64,000 nucleotides of DNA. It comes from Octopus vulgaris. Taxonomy: Eukaryota. Positions 1-12,894 of the stretch are shown in pieces. Each line of letters starts with the position of its first letter. The first letter of the stretch is position 1. The stretch is from the NCBI GenBank assembly GCA_951406725.2, contig OX597838.1, positions 25,544,001-25,608,000 on the forward strand, in the 5' to 3' direction. A program made the position numbers and the translations under genes. The notes below the pieces were generated by a model, which searched no databases, was not told the origin of the DNA, and saw only the letters and a list, made by a program, of their open reading frames with translations.

Positions 1-207
1 TTATCTCCCCTTATTGAGCGGAGCTGGTCCCAATTGCCATTTGGTAGTTGTGACATATCGTCCAGAAGCGGAGATAATTTCAATAAATCTACAATTTAAG
101 TTGTATGATATTTGCTATACCTGTATTTGTCTATGTTGTTCCTTGGCCACTCTGAATTATTTCTATTTCGTTTACCTCATTTTTGTTTCATATATATATG
201 TATATGT

Positions 208-272
<65 letters not shown>

Positions 273-991
273 ATATGTATGTATGTGTGTTATATTTAAA
301 ATGTGTGTATGTGTGTTATATTTAAAATGTGTGTATTTGTATATGTATGTATGTGTATACATAAAATGGAAATGTGCATAGATATAAGTGCAAGAACAAA
401 AATAAGAGTAAGAGAAAAAAAAAAGAGAAGGCAATTGGCCGCAGATGTTGTTATGATTGTATAGTTTGGAAGATCACTATTATGTGGTCCTGAGTTCAGT
501 CCCACTGCAAAGCACCTTTGGCCAACATCTTCTGCTAAAGCTTTGGCTCAGCACTAGTTTTGTGAGAGAAATTTGGCATAGAAAATCATGCAGGATCTCA
601 CCAAATAGAATGTACCAGTAATTTAATGGAGGGAAGCCTTGTCATAATGCCATACTGATCCTACCTCACAGTTGCATTAAGAGTAAATGTGTGTGTGTGT
701 GGGAAAAAGTCTCAGGATTATGGTAAGAGTACACATGTCTGTGGAATACTCGACCACTTTAACTATGAACCAAGGGAGGCTGTGTATGTTATTCAGTGGG
801 CTAACCCTATCATATTGATTCTAACTGAAAGATTAATTACAGGGTGCACATCCATGAAATATTCTCAGGATTTCACTGTGGAATACACGGCCTTTTTTAC
901 AACAGTATACACACACACACTCATCCAGCAGGTGTCTATTTGGACTATTAATTACACATCCATTTGTTTCTTCCAGTGTAATCTTATTCAG

Positions 992-1318
992 TGTAGGCAC
1001 ATAGCTAAGTGGACAGGGTATTCAGCTCACGAGTATAAGGCTTCAAGCTTGATTCCTGGTGACACTTTGGGTCCTTGAGCCAGCTACTTTCTTTCATGTT
1101 GCTCCTGTCCACTCAGCTGGCAAAAACCAAGTTGTGCATGTATTTCAAAAGGGCCACCCTTGTCACATTTCTGCGTCACGCTGAACCTCTTCTGAGAAGT
1201 ACATTAAGGGTACGCGTGTCTGTGGAGGGCTTAGCCACTTGCATGGTAATTTCACGAGCTGGCTGTTCTGTCGGGTCGGATCAACTGGAGTCCTCATTGT
1301 CATAACAAACTGAGTGCC
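992..1318 (+). mobile_element. tRNA-derived SINE, family C (Nin/Deu-like central domain)
   Basis: A/B-box-like head and GTCCACTCAGCTG core; reverse-complement homologue at 62507-62830 and partial copies at about 620-870 and 27880-28030. Confidence 0.7.
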
Positions 1319-1677
1319 AACCAATCATTCGACAAATCTCTCCAGTAATCAACAAAGAATCAGAAACACCATGTTTTATCTTCTCCTTTTATGTTTATGC
1401 ATATTTCCATTATACTTGTATATGCGTAAATTAATCAGTGTGTGTGTGTTTGTGTCCACACACACACACACACTCACACATGCAGTATATTTATTCAAGT
1501 ATAATGCAAGAAATTTAATCCAAGACATCAGGACTCAAAAGTGCTGGCTGACATTATACTGAAGTGTCAATAGAAAGTGAAAAAGTAAAAAGGATAAAAT
1601 AAAATAGAATATTGATTTTCTTTTTTTTTATCAGAAGTGTGGGTTCCACGGTGTTTGAGATTGCATTGAAGTTGAGT

Positions 1678-1734
<57 letters not shown>

Positions 1735-1864
1735 GTGTGCATGTATGTATGTACACACACATAATTTGAAAAAATTGTGTTTGAACAAAACGCTGGTTAC
1801 TAAAACATCATTATGCCTTCACTGTTGTTGTTATATATGTATGTGTGTGGGTGTATGTATGTCT

Positions 1865-1899
1865 GTATATATATACACACACACACATTTTAAATAAAA

Positions 1900-1937
<38 letters not shown>

Positions 1938-2009
1938 TTTTAAATAATAATTATTATATATATATATATACACACACACACATTTTAAATAATAATTATA
2001 TATATATAC

Positions 2010-2042
<33 letters not shown>

Positions 2043-2110
2043 TTTTAAATAATAATTATATATATATATATGTACACACACACACACACACACATTTTAA
2101 GTAATAATTA
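1865..2110. repeat. Compound minisatellite: CATTTTAAATAATAATTA-(TA)n-(CA)n, ~55-60 nt units, 4-5 copies
   Basis: Core repeats at about 1885, 1936, 1981, 2041 and 2093. Confidence 0.85.
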
Positions 2111-2334
2111 AAACAGTTGTTTATCATGTTAAGTTGGTTGGTTCTGTGGAATGTGGTTTGTTGTTGTCTTTCAGCATCAGGATTAACCTTAACTGAGCAT
2201 ACCTGTCATTTGAGGAATTCCACCCCTGACCATCCCATCCACTTTCTCCTATCCAGTCATCTAGCCCTGCATTACCCAAATGCATTCTTGTGTATTTAAG
2301 GGGTTTCTTTTTTTTTTTTTTTTTTTGCTATGTA

Positions 2335-2520
2335 AGTAACACTCAGTCCACTCTGTAAAGTCAGTGTTGTTAGGAAGGGCATCCAGCTGTAAAAACCCTG
2401 CCAAAACAGACAGTGAAGACTGGGGCAGTGTTCTGCCTAGCCAGCCCCTGTCAAACCATCCAACCCAAGTCAACATGGAAAACAGACGTTAAATGATGAT
2501 GATGATGATAATAATAATGA
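2335..2520 (+). mobile_element. 3' part of SINE/RTE-tail family D ending in (GAT)n
   Basis: GTTAGGAAGGGCATCCAGCTGT...CCATCCAACCC...CATGGAAAA...(GAT)n; related copies at about 12095-12285 and 14880-14970. Confidence 0.65.
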
Positions 2521-2959
2521 TGGTTTCCTGTTGTTCTTTGCTGGTTTATTTGCAATTCAGTCTGCTAGCCTCCGACTCCCTTTAGGCACAGGATTTATTT
2601 AAGCTTTAGACAAGAGTCACTGGTTCATGTGACATCAGGACACATCCACACCCTGGTGGCCCTTTCCGACACATGTCTGTGGGCCATTCTTCCTCTGAGT
2701 CATAGGACCATCTTTTGCTACTTGACCCATAACTTAAGAGGTACTAACTAACACCCTAGTCCTGAGTAAAACTGGAGGTAGTTGAGACAAGGGAATAATT
2801 CCATACTCTCTAAAACCCCTGAAATGGGACCACACCATCAGATACAATTTTTTGAGTCAACCAGGACATTCATTTATCGTTCATGTTTGTCCATTTGAGT
2901 GATGAGGGCCATCTAATCATTCTAAGAACTGATGACTTATGAGTTGCCTTTATTTAAAA

Positions 2960-3204
2960 CAGTGGTTTTCACCCAGGGCGGCCATATTGGGAGCCCATAT
3001 AAGATTTTGTTGTTCAACCTTAAATGCAGTAAATTACTTCTACAGCGCACAAAATATTTTAGCAATATTTTTATACAATTCCCAATAATATTTAATTATA
3101 AAAATATAAAGGGATTTTGTTAAACATCTAATGGTTATGGGGGTCCAGTAGAATAAATTAGGAGTCAAAGGGGTTCATGGACAAAAAATGGTTAAGTGTC
3201 ACTG
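2960..3204. mobile_element. hAT-like MITE
   Basis: CAGTGGTTTTCACC...GGTTAAGTGTCACTG termini with degenerate 8-bp flanks (ATTTAAAA/GTTTAAAG); the same 3' end recurs at about 7595-7662. Confidence 0.55.
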
Positions 3205-3992
3205 GTTTAAAGTGGAGAAGTGTTGTGTACTGTCAGCTTCACTCTCTTGTCTGTCACCATTTTCAGTCCAATGGCAAGACCAGGTCAAGATGATGGGAGA
3301 TGGAGACAGATGCAGTGGATGGACAAGATGTCTTACTTGACTCATCTTGCTCTCTGCACTCTCTGATGCATGGTTTCAGCCACTTTCCTCTCCATTGAAC
3401 CATGAAAGTTTCTTCCGCAGAGTCCACCAGACCCAGTCTTCATTAACATAGGTAGGCAAGCCCTAGTTTGCTAATTAACTCATAGCTGGAGCCCTGACAG
3501 GTAAGAATAGACTTGGGAATATTTGTGGCCAAGAGGTGGTTCCACGATCCTTAAAATCCCAGAATTACCAAATGAGAGCCCCTCAACAGGATGCAGTTGA
3601 CACACTGCATCCCAGGACACACTGCAGTGTAATTACACTGAGGCCCTCAACAATCTGACAATCTTCATTAACTCTGGAACTCCTGAACCAAGGCCCCATT
3701 GCTGAAACGGTCTCCATTAACATTGAAAAAGTCATTTTTCTCTCTTTAGTTTTAACCTCAACCCACTCATTCCACACCAACCATCCATTCCACCTACTTT
3801 CATTGAACAGAATAAATAAAAGATACATAAATAAGTAAAATAAACACAAAAACAAACATACATGAAGAAGTAATGTTGTTTTTTTAAATTTAAAACTTAT
3901 TCTTGTTTTTAACACCCCCCCTGCCATTTAATTACTCATTATCTGTATTTCTCTTATAGTTCCCTCTCTCTCTACTTTAATGTTTTGACCAG

Positions 3993-4031
<39 letters not shown>

Positions 4032-4635
4032 TTGTTGTTGTTATAGAATGGTGTATTGGCAGTAACTGGCAGTGTTCCCACAAAACTCCTTGTGGTATTC
4101 AGTTACATCCCTTTAAGTTTTGAGTTCCTGGCATTTTGTTTTTTTATGTCTGGATTCCCTTATCAGCTGCCGCTTCACAATGTAATATAAATGAAATGAA
4201 GCTAATATCCACATTCTTCTACCTAATGACTTTATCATCACACTTAACTGTCTTGAAGTAGATAATGCAATAATCTTTTCTTTTTTTTTTTCTTATGTGA
4301 TACTCATAAATACCACAAACCCTGATTAAAAAAAAAAAACTAGCTATAACAGAAATAAAAAAAAAATTATAAACCTATGAAAATATTGCATTTTAACAGT
4401 AATAAAACTGAATCACCACACACATACACGTGTATATTTGTGTTTGTGTGTGTGAATTAGTTAGGAGGAAGATCAATGCTGTTGATGCTCCATTCCATCT
4501 ATGCAAGCACACAAAAAAGTGGACATCAAAATGATGAGGAAGAGGAGGTCTTTATTCCATTGAAATAGCTGTCAAGCATGATTGAATTATGATTTATTAG
4601 TCAAATCTATGATTTCTCTACTTGATTTTATATAC

Positions 4636-5004
4636 AACAAGAGCGCTCAGAGAGTGCAAACCTCTGCCAAGGCAACACAAACTTCCTCTCAATGATTAGC
4701 CAGAGATGATTTTTAAAATGAGAATATCTGAAATAAACTCGACTGTTCTCACAAACGAGATATTAAAAATGAACCTGACCACTCTCAAAAATTGAGTAAA
4801 AAAAAAAAACCGGAAAAATAATCCAGAATCCTTGTCCGGTACTGGATTGATCCCAAAATCTAATCAGTTTGTGCCGGTCACAGGGCTAAACATCCCTGAA
4901 AGTTTCAAATGAATCCATCCAGCAGTCTTTGAGATATCTTGTCCACGGACAAACAAGCAAACAACTGAAAACAATACCTCCACCTTAGCGAAGGTGGAGG
5001 TAAT
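4636..5004 (-). mobile_element. Helentron-associated non-autonomous element (HINE/DINE-1-like architecture)
   Basis: Minus strand starts ATTACCTCCACCTTCGCTAAGGTGGAGG (5' subTIR plus inverted repeat) and ends GGCAGAGG subTIR, a GCACTC-TCT-GAGCGC stem-loop and TCTTGTT. Confidence 0.6.
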
Positions 5005-5487
5005 TAATAATCTGGTCTGATGGTTTTGATTGCAGATGTTGAGTGACAGCACACTAAGACATATAAAATATGTACAGAAAAACATCTTGCTTCTGCACAC
5101 ACGCTCTCTCTCTGTCTCTTCCTTTCTCTTGCCTCCTCTCTTCTCTCTCTCTCACACACACACACACGTGCGTGCGTGCACACACACACTGAAGGAATCA
5201 GTGAAATTAGTATATTTTGTCACTCCACACCCTTCATAACAACAACAATGGCTGTATATTAATAATAATAATAATAATAACAATAAAATTAATTGTTTCT
5301 GTTTCTATTTCAGGTCTACTGTTGTTGTTGTTGTTGTTTTGATTGTTAATACAACATATTGATGATAATGTTACTAATGATGATTTTCTTTGCTGCAGTT
5401 TAGATGAGGAGATAGAATTCCTCTTCAGCATCCTCTCTTTTCCTCCCTCCTGTCTTTTTGTCCTTTCTCAACATCCTTTCTTCATCT

Positions 5488-5792
5488 TCCACCTCCACTC
5501 ATACTCTCTGCCTACCTCCACTCATACTCTCTGCCTACCTCCACTCATACTCTCTGCTTACCTCCACTCTTCCTCTCTGTCTACCTCCACTCATATGCTT
5601 TACCCATCTCCACTCAGTCTCTCTGTTTACCTCTACTCAAACTCTCTACCTCCACTCATACTCTCTACCTCAACTCATTTTCTCTGTCTACCTCTACTCA
5701 AACTCTCTACCTTCACTCATACTTTCTGCCTACCGCCACTCATCCTTCTCAGTCTATCCTCACTCATTCTTTTTGTCTACCTCCACTCATAC
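5488..5792. repeat. Minisatellite, ~23-nt unit CTACCTCCACTCATACTCTCTGC, ~13 degenerate copies
   Basis: Direct inspection of tandem units; explains ORFs 5343-5864 and 5458-5874. Confidence 0.9.
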
Positions 5793-6318
5793 TTCTTCCC
5801 TTCACTTCACTTTGCCCCTCCCCACAATAAACAACAAACTGTTTCCACAAAACACACCAGATAAATCTTGCTGAAATTTCACCTGACCATCTCAATAAAA
5901 CCAGGACAGGGTCCAGTCCCTGTTGCAGTGTGGTGCCTTACATGCCAGTGGAGTGCATAAGGCCTCTTATGTTAGACCGGTCAAAAAAAAACAAAGGCCA
6001 GACCAATATGGACTACCCCTTACCAGACATAAAAAATGGATTTGCATAGGACCAACACCCCTATCTAGATAAAGAAAAAGCAAAGTTACAGAAATCCTTT
6101 GATGACAAAGTCAAAACCAGCAAGGCTTTGGACCCTAGAGTTGAGAAGTCAAGGACAATGGAGAAAAGTCATCAATGGCCTCTGCTTCGTAAGCAAAAGG
6201 CTTAAGTAAAACCTTTAAAAAGTGCTGGACACTTAGAATAATGTTATCCCAATTTTACTGTCTTCATAAAAGGTGGAGTGTTCAAAGATGGAGTGTCTTC
6301 ATTAGTAGGTTTACTGGT

Positions 6319-6820
6319 AAGGCTGCAAGCTGGCAGAATTGTTAGCATGCCGGGTGAAATGATTAGCATTATTTCATCTGCTGTTACGTTCTAAGTTCAA
6401 ATTCCACCAAGGTCCACTTTGCCTTTCATCCTTTCGGGTTTGATAAAATTAGTACCAGTTATGCGCTGGGGTCGATGTAATTGATTTAATCCCTTCCCCC
6501 AAACTTGGAGCCTTGTGCTTCCAGTCAAAAGGATTATTAGGTTTACTGGTAAGACGACAAGCTGGCAGAATCGGTAGCTTACCAAACAAAATGCTGAATG
6601 CCATTTCATCCCTCTTTACATCAAGTTCAACTTTACCTTTGAGCTTTTCGGATTTGATGGTCAACCCAGGGCTATAGTAGAAGACACTTGCCAGGGGTGC
6701 CTCACAGTGGGACTGAACCCAAGACCACGTGGTTGAACTTAGTACCAGTTATGCACTGGGGATCGATATAATCGACCCCCCCCCCGGAATTGTTGACCTT
6801 GTGTCTAAACTTAAAACCAT
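6319..6820 (+). mobile_element. Tandem family B SINE copies, interrupted by a short inverted family A fragment (about 6665-6735)
   Basis: GCTGGCAGAAT A-box-like and GTTCAAATTCC B-box heads; CTTTGCCTTTCATCCTTT...AGTACCAG...GGGGTCGAT body; AGGATTATTA tail. Confidence 0.8.
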
Positions 6821-7214
6821 TTTTATATTTACTGGGTTAAGGCTGGCTTATGGTGAAACAACAAGGAGGAAAGGTAATGTGGTCTTAAACTTGTTGTCTG
6901 CATAAAAGTTAGGGTGTTCTTGGATGGAATGTCTTTGATCACAAGGTCTACTGGATCAAGATTGACCTGTGGCTAAACAACAACAAAATAACTCCAAATT
7001 CTATTATTGCTACAATATGATGTTTTTCTTTGCTATGTGGAGAGGTTGGGTGGATTTTGGTGTTGAATGGGGTGTCAGTGGGGAAGCCAATTACTTAGCT
7101 GAACTTTGTGTCGCCTTGGGTAGCCCTTGGGTACCTTGTCTTCACTCACCAGGCTTTTACAAAAAGTACAACATATTGCAGCACAGTGATTTTTTTCCTC
7201 TTAAAGTTATATCT

Positions 7215-7480
7215 CAGGTGTGGATGTATAGTTAAAAAGCTTGCTTCCCAACCATGTGGTCTTGGGTTCAGTCCCACTGTGAAGCACCCTCGGCAAGTGT
7301 CTTCTACTGTAGCCCTGGGTTAACCAAAACCTTTGGTTGATGGAAACTGAGAAGAGTCCATAATGTGTGTGTATGCCCACCACAATCACTTGACATTTAG
7401 TGTTGACCTGTTTATGCTCTCTGTAACCTAGTGGTTCAGCAATAGAAACTGATGGAATAAATACTGGGTTTGATTCATTC
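7215..7480 (+). mobile_element. tRNA-derived SINE, family A
   Basis: GGTTCAGTCCCACTG B-box region and GGCAAGTGTCTTCTACT core shared with 13704, 22387 and 28546. Confidence 0.75.
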
Positions 7481-8150
7481 AATATAGTTCAGTATATTTC
7501 TGGCCATTGCAAACCCATGCAAATGAATGGATGGAAAATGAGATAGGAGTTTTGAAATGAGTTTCTGTAAAACTATTTTTTAAACATCAAATAGCCATGG
7601 GGCTCCACCAAAAACAGGGATCAAAGGGGTCCACGGATGAAAAAAATGGTTAAGCACCACTGCTCTAAATGGTTACTCCACCGGCTACAAAAAGCATCCA
7701 TATCACTATTGTATGATACTCTATGCTATGTCTGAATCAAGGGTGAAGGGGTCACATCGTTTCATAGGCCAAGTGGATAAGGGCTAAGCTTGGGGTTAAA
7801 CAACTATATATAGCACCACCATCACCACAGCTCTCATTCTTTTTATCTTTTCCCTTTCCTCTTCCATCCTTGCCCATCTATCCTGTTCATCAACCACACA
7901 TCATGCACCCCTGTGGCAGTTTCTTTAATCTTCCTTTGTTTCAGCAGCAGAAAAACAACAACAAGCACAACAAATGACCACCACCACAGTTGTCACCTAC
8001 CACAACAACAACGATGGCAACTGTAACGCTGATGCAAACAACAACAATAACAACAACAATGATATCGATGATGATGATGATGTTAATGATGGATTTCCAA
8101 TGTTTTTTTTTCTTTAATTTAAATTGTTTTCTCCCCTTGACCATCTTGAA

Positions 8151-8235
8151 ACTAATTCTCTCTTTTTTTTTTCTCTTCTCTTTTCTCTTCTCCCTCTCTC
8201 TCTCTCTCTCTCAAACTCTCACTCACTCTCTCTCT
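8151..8235 (+). promoter_or_regulatory. Candidate distant branch point (ACTAAT) plus long polypyrimidine tract for exon 6A
   Basis: ACTAAT at 8151-8156 is directly followed by a ~60-nt almost pure C/T tract; no AG dinucleotide from 7990 to 8482. Confidence 0.55.
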
Positions 8236-8484
8236 GTCATGCACACACACACACACACATGTGAACATCCACTCACACCGATATCAATACCGTGTGTGTG
8301 TACTCCTGTGTGTATGTGTGTGTGTATGTATGCGTATGTCTCTCTCTCTTTCTCTCTCTACATATCTCTCTGTCTATCACTCTCTCTCCTATTTATCTAT
8401 CTATCTATCCTTCTGTGTCTTGCTCTGTCGCTGGGTCTTCCTGCTCTCCCCAACCGTCCGTCCGCCCGTCCGTCTTGTCACCAG

Positions 8485-8593
8485 TATTCTACAATATCAC
8501 GTAAATTTGTTGAAGTCATGAATGATTACAACACAACACAGATAGACTACAGGGACCGGTGTAAAGCACGCATAAAGAGGCAAATGGAGATAA
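8485..8593 (+). CDS. STX1: Syntaxin-1 exon 6A (mutually exclusive copy A; Habc helix c / linker start), [36 protein letters not shown]+1 nt
   Basis: CAG acceptor at 8482-8484 and GTAAGG donor at 8594; 109 nt, phase 0 to phase 1, same as vertebrate STX1A exon 6; peptide clearly homologous to STX1A residues 120-155. Confidence 0.93.
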
Positions 8594-10861
8594 GTAAGGC
8601 TACAATAGATTTGGATTTCACCTTCTTCTCTTTTCTCTTCACTTTTAATTCACTTTTTTCTTTCTTTCTTTCTTCACGTCACCTAGCTGTAGACTACTTT
8701 CTCTAGATGGATGTCCAAGCGTGTGTGGATACGTATGTGTGTCTGTTTGATATGGTGTGCATATGACTCTGTGTGTATGTATATATGTGTGTGTTGGTGT
8801 GGGTGTTCAACCCATGCCAGCATGAAAAATGGACAGTAAATGATAGTGTATGTGTGTATATATATGATGCTTGTGTGTGTGCAGGTGTATGTATGTGTAT
8901 TTGTGTATACCTGCTGGTATAACACATGCCATATACAATATGCCCAATAATAATTAAGAAGTACAGAGTATTGAAAAGATTCAGGACCTTTGTTCTGTCT
9001 TTGTTGGGAGGGGCCCCACATATATCTGAAGTAATGGGGAAACAAAATAAACTAAAACCAATCCTTTCATTATAATAAGGGACCAAGAAACAGAGACTTT
9101 GATAGAAGCTGGAGAATGATGGATGATTAAATATCTTGTGAGATTTCTTTTTATGTCCCTCTATGTTATAAGTTCAATTCCTACCAGGACTGAGTTTGTT
9201 TTCTATCCTTGGTGAAATAAGATAGCAGCATTGTGGGCCTCGTGGAGGTGATGGCAAGTGACCAAGATCAGCAGTATACTGTGCTTGAGAAGTGAAATTG
9301 CGGTTGTGGCTAATGCCAGTGGCACTTAATTAACACCTGTGCTGATGGCATGTAAAAAGCACCCATTACACTCTCTTGAAAAACCGTATCTGTGAAAATT
9401 CAAGGATGATAGTAAGTGAGAACAATCAGGCTGGATGTGAGATGGCCGTCATCTGACAAGATGAGGCAAACATCATTAACACACAATTCTCCATCTGAGA
9501 TTCTTAGGTGAATAGGTGCACGCACTCGGGTGCATGCAGCAACAGCTCGACTAACACACCAACTCAACCACATATTTACAAACACCGGGAATTCTCATAA
9601 CTCAAAATGTATTGTCGCTTTGTTAATAACTGGCTTGAACTCTCTCAAGTCAAAGAAAAATCATACATACCAGCCAATTCACCCAAAAATCACCATCAGA
9701 TCACCCTACCCTCTACTATCTTATTCGGTAGTGTGATTCCTGAACATAAACACAAAAGATGGGATGGCCACGATTTATGAGTCTTTTAGATACAAGCCTG
9801 ATCTATTAGTGCTGATCTGGGACTCAACAAGGAATTAAGAATTGCTCTGCACAGAGTTCTGAAATGCAAATTAGAGTTATCTCCCTTAGATTATAAACCT
9901 TTTCTCCCTGCAACAAAGCCTAATTCATTCTCTGTACTTAATGAATCACACACACAGATGTACATCTTTTTAAGTACATATATTCGTACATATGTATTTA
10001 TGTGTGTGTGTGTATGCGAATGCGTGTTTGTGTTTCTTTTCTCTTACACCATTTTTTTCTCTTTATTTTTCCTTTCACTTTTTCTCTTCTCACGAAATAT
10101 AACTTGGCAATATACCTATTTATATGTTTTTATACTAACGTACACACACACACACGAAAATACGTGTATCTATATATGCAAAGCTCTGTGTGCTTGTGTA
10201 TATGTATATATATATATACACACATACATACTTACATATATATACACACACACGCACATACACTTGCACAGCCAAACATACATATATGCACACATGTTTT
10301 AGCTGTGGATCTCCTATATCACTCTTCTGTTATATATGTGACTGTTTAAACATGCATGTTCACACATACACATACTCATGCATTTTATTAATTACTGCAT
10401 TTCATCATCATCATCACCATCACGTTATTTCTATTTTCCTACAGCATTTCTATTTGTGTGTGTGTGTGTGTGCAATGCAGCACGCATACACACCTAAGCA
10501 TTTGTACATGCACATACAGACACCTTCTCACAGTTTCTTATGATTCTGTTTGTAGCGGTCACCAGTGTCCAGACCCTGTCCATCTATCCATCCTCCCTCT
10601 ATATCAGAGCCACTTCCATTTACTTCCTTATTCTTGATGTTAATCTTCTTTTTCTGATTTCTTTTTTACCACTTTTTTTTTTCACTGACTCCACATGGAG
10701 AAAAAAAAAGAGTCTTTAATTTGAATGCCTATTTTGTTGTAATTGTTGTTGTTACTATTATTATCATTTTTACTATCGTTATTATCATTATTATTATTAG
10801 TAGTAGTATTATTTTATTACTATTATTATTGTTGTTGTTTGCTGGACTGATAACTTCATTT

Positions 10862-10904
<43 letters not shown>

Positions 10905-11609
10905 CATTTAGGTAGATAGTTATTTCATTTGTGTTTATGTTATTGACAGTAACTTCGAAGTTTAGAATAGTAGAAAGGAGAGTAGGAGGGGACAGGGTGG
11001 GGGAGAGAAATCTGTTCAAATGGGAGATGGCAGTGCCATAGGTTTAGTATCCAGAAAAGTAATATTAATAACGACACACAATTTGACAGTATTTTATTTG
11101 GGATGGATGTGAGTGTAAAGTAGAAGAGGTTTATGAATGGAGTTAATGCTAAAATGGAGATAATTCGGAGAGGTGGTTAAAGCATTTGGGGTGTGTCTGA
11201 AGGGTGCAATAATTTCACTTCTGAGATAAAGCACGGTGCATCCATTGCAAAACTCTATCCACTTAATACTCTACAAACCCCTACCTGTTAACTTATTGCA
11301 CACTTCAGCTGCCCTAAACCTCCATCTATCTCATCTTAATTGTTAACCCTTTCTCCTAATTCCCTCTTTCTAGACAGATGCATAAACTTACACCTGAAAT
11401 TGCCCTCTCATTTGGATTCAGTTTCTCCCCTCTACAACATAGAATGAATACTTAGGGTTTGCCTTAGACCCAGCTTCCAAGTTGCTGTCAATAGATTTTA
11501 TCATCAATATTAGACTACACTTTTGTATTGGCTTCTTTATTCAAGCAATACACATTGTTATTCTATGCATATAAAGATACTTATTTTCAACTATATATAT
11601 GTATATGTA

Positions 11610-11655
<46 letters not shown>

Positions 11656-12894
11656 TACACATATGCATATATGTGTGTACATAAGGTGTAAGTTGTATCA
11701 ACAAAGAGGTATGTCTCCCTTCTTTTTTCTTTGTTTTATTTTTAATTGTTTTTATTTTAATTTGAGATTATATTAATTTTTCAGTTTAATTAAAATATAT
11801 TTGTGGGTATTTATACATGTGTGTGTGTATGTATGAGAGAAAAGTTGTTTTTTTTTTTTTTGTAGTGGAAAGACAGGAAGTTGCTCAGTATGACCTTATG
11901 TAAGAAATGTGTAGTGTTTGATAGTTTTGTCATCTGTTAAATAAACAGGTTTAGACATCTGGCAGTCAACCCCTTTTTTTTTCAGAGGGTTTTTATTTTA
12001 GATGAAAATAAAATCCTGCCCAAAATTAAGGTTTTTTTTTTGTTATTACATTACACGTTTTGTGTTCTTTTCTCATCTTGCAAAATATTTGGTGACCCCA
12101 CTAGTGCCTGTGGCATGAAAAATAGCACCCAGTACACTCTGTAAAGTAGTTGGCGTTAGGAAAGGTCTGCAGTGACAGAAACCAAGCTAAAGCTCATATT
12201 GGAGTTTGGCACAGCTCATAGGATGCTGTCAAACCATCCAATCCATGTCAGCATAGAAAATGGAACACTAAATGATGATGAGGATGTGGTGCCCGTATGA
12301 CTGCTTTTTACATGGCACACCAACATGGGTGCTTTCTATGTGCCACTGGCATGGGTGCTTTTTATATGGCACCAGTATCAGCTGGTTCACCAGGTAACTT
12401 GGAAAACAAGGACATCTCAGCTGAAAGAGGAAGAGGAATGGGGAAGAAATGGCCATGTGCCAGGTAAGAGGTATGGGTAAGAGAGACGGTCAGGGTTAAC
12501 TGTCACATATAATTCTTCACATTTCTAATACAAGGATGTATTGAGTACATTTCTAGTTTTGTACAGTGTGTGTGTGTGTGTGAATGTATATATGTGTATG
12601 TTGTATACCCACATACGTTTTGATACATGCAATACACTCTACAAGATTTTATTTTTTGTTTAATCCAGGATTGTTTTATTTACTTCTCCCTCCATAAATC
12701 CTTTTTAATAACTGACCTTCCCGCCTCCCACCTTGTTATTTCATTCCCTCAATTTCACAACCCCCACTACGCTGCCAATGTTTCCTCACCTACATATGTG
12801 TGTGTGTGTAATATTACATGGAACTCTCAGTGTAACTTATGTAACTATAAGTAAATGAAAAGTTTAGTGTGTATAATACACACACACACGTTAA

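Noticed and set aside
5343-5874. 173- and 138-aa repetitive ORFs; CRISPR-like appearance of the 23-nt repeats
   Set aside because: Contiguous minisatellite without unique spacers, in eukaryotic DNA
1-8484. Upstream syntaxin exons (...SADLRIRKTQ)
   Set aside because: No matching coding sequence found by eye; presumably upstream of the window
7990-8706. 238-aa ORF as a single-exon gene
   Set aside because: Only 8485-8593 is syntaxin-like; the rest is stop-free because of simple repeats in the AG-free zone
8730-8770. Possible editing-complementary sequence for exon 6A (GTCTGTTTG...CATATGACT)
   Set aside because: Pairing relies on G-U pairs between TG-rich and AC-rich sequence; not distinguishable from chance by eye
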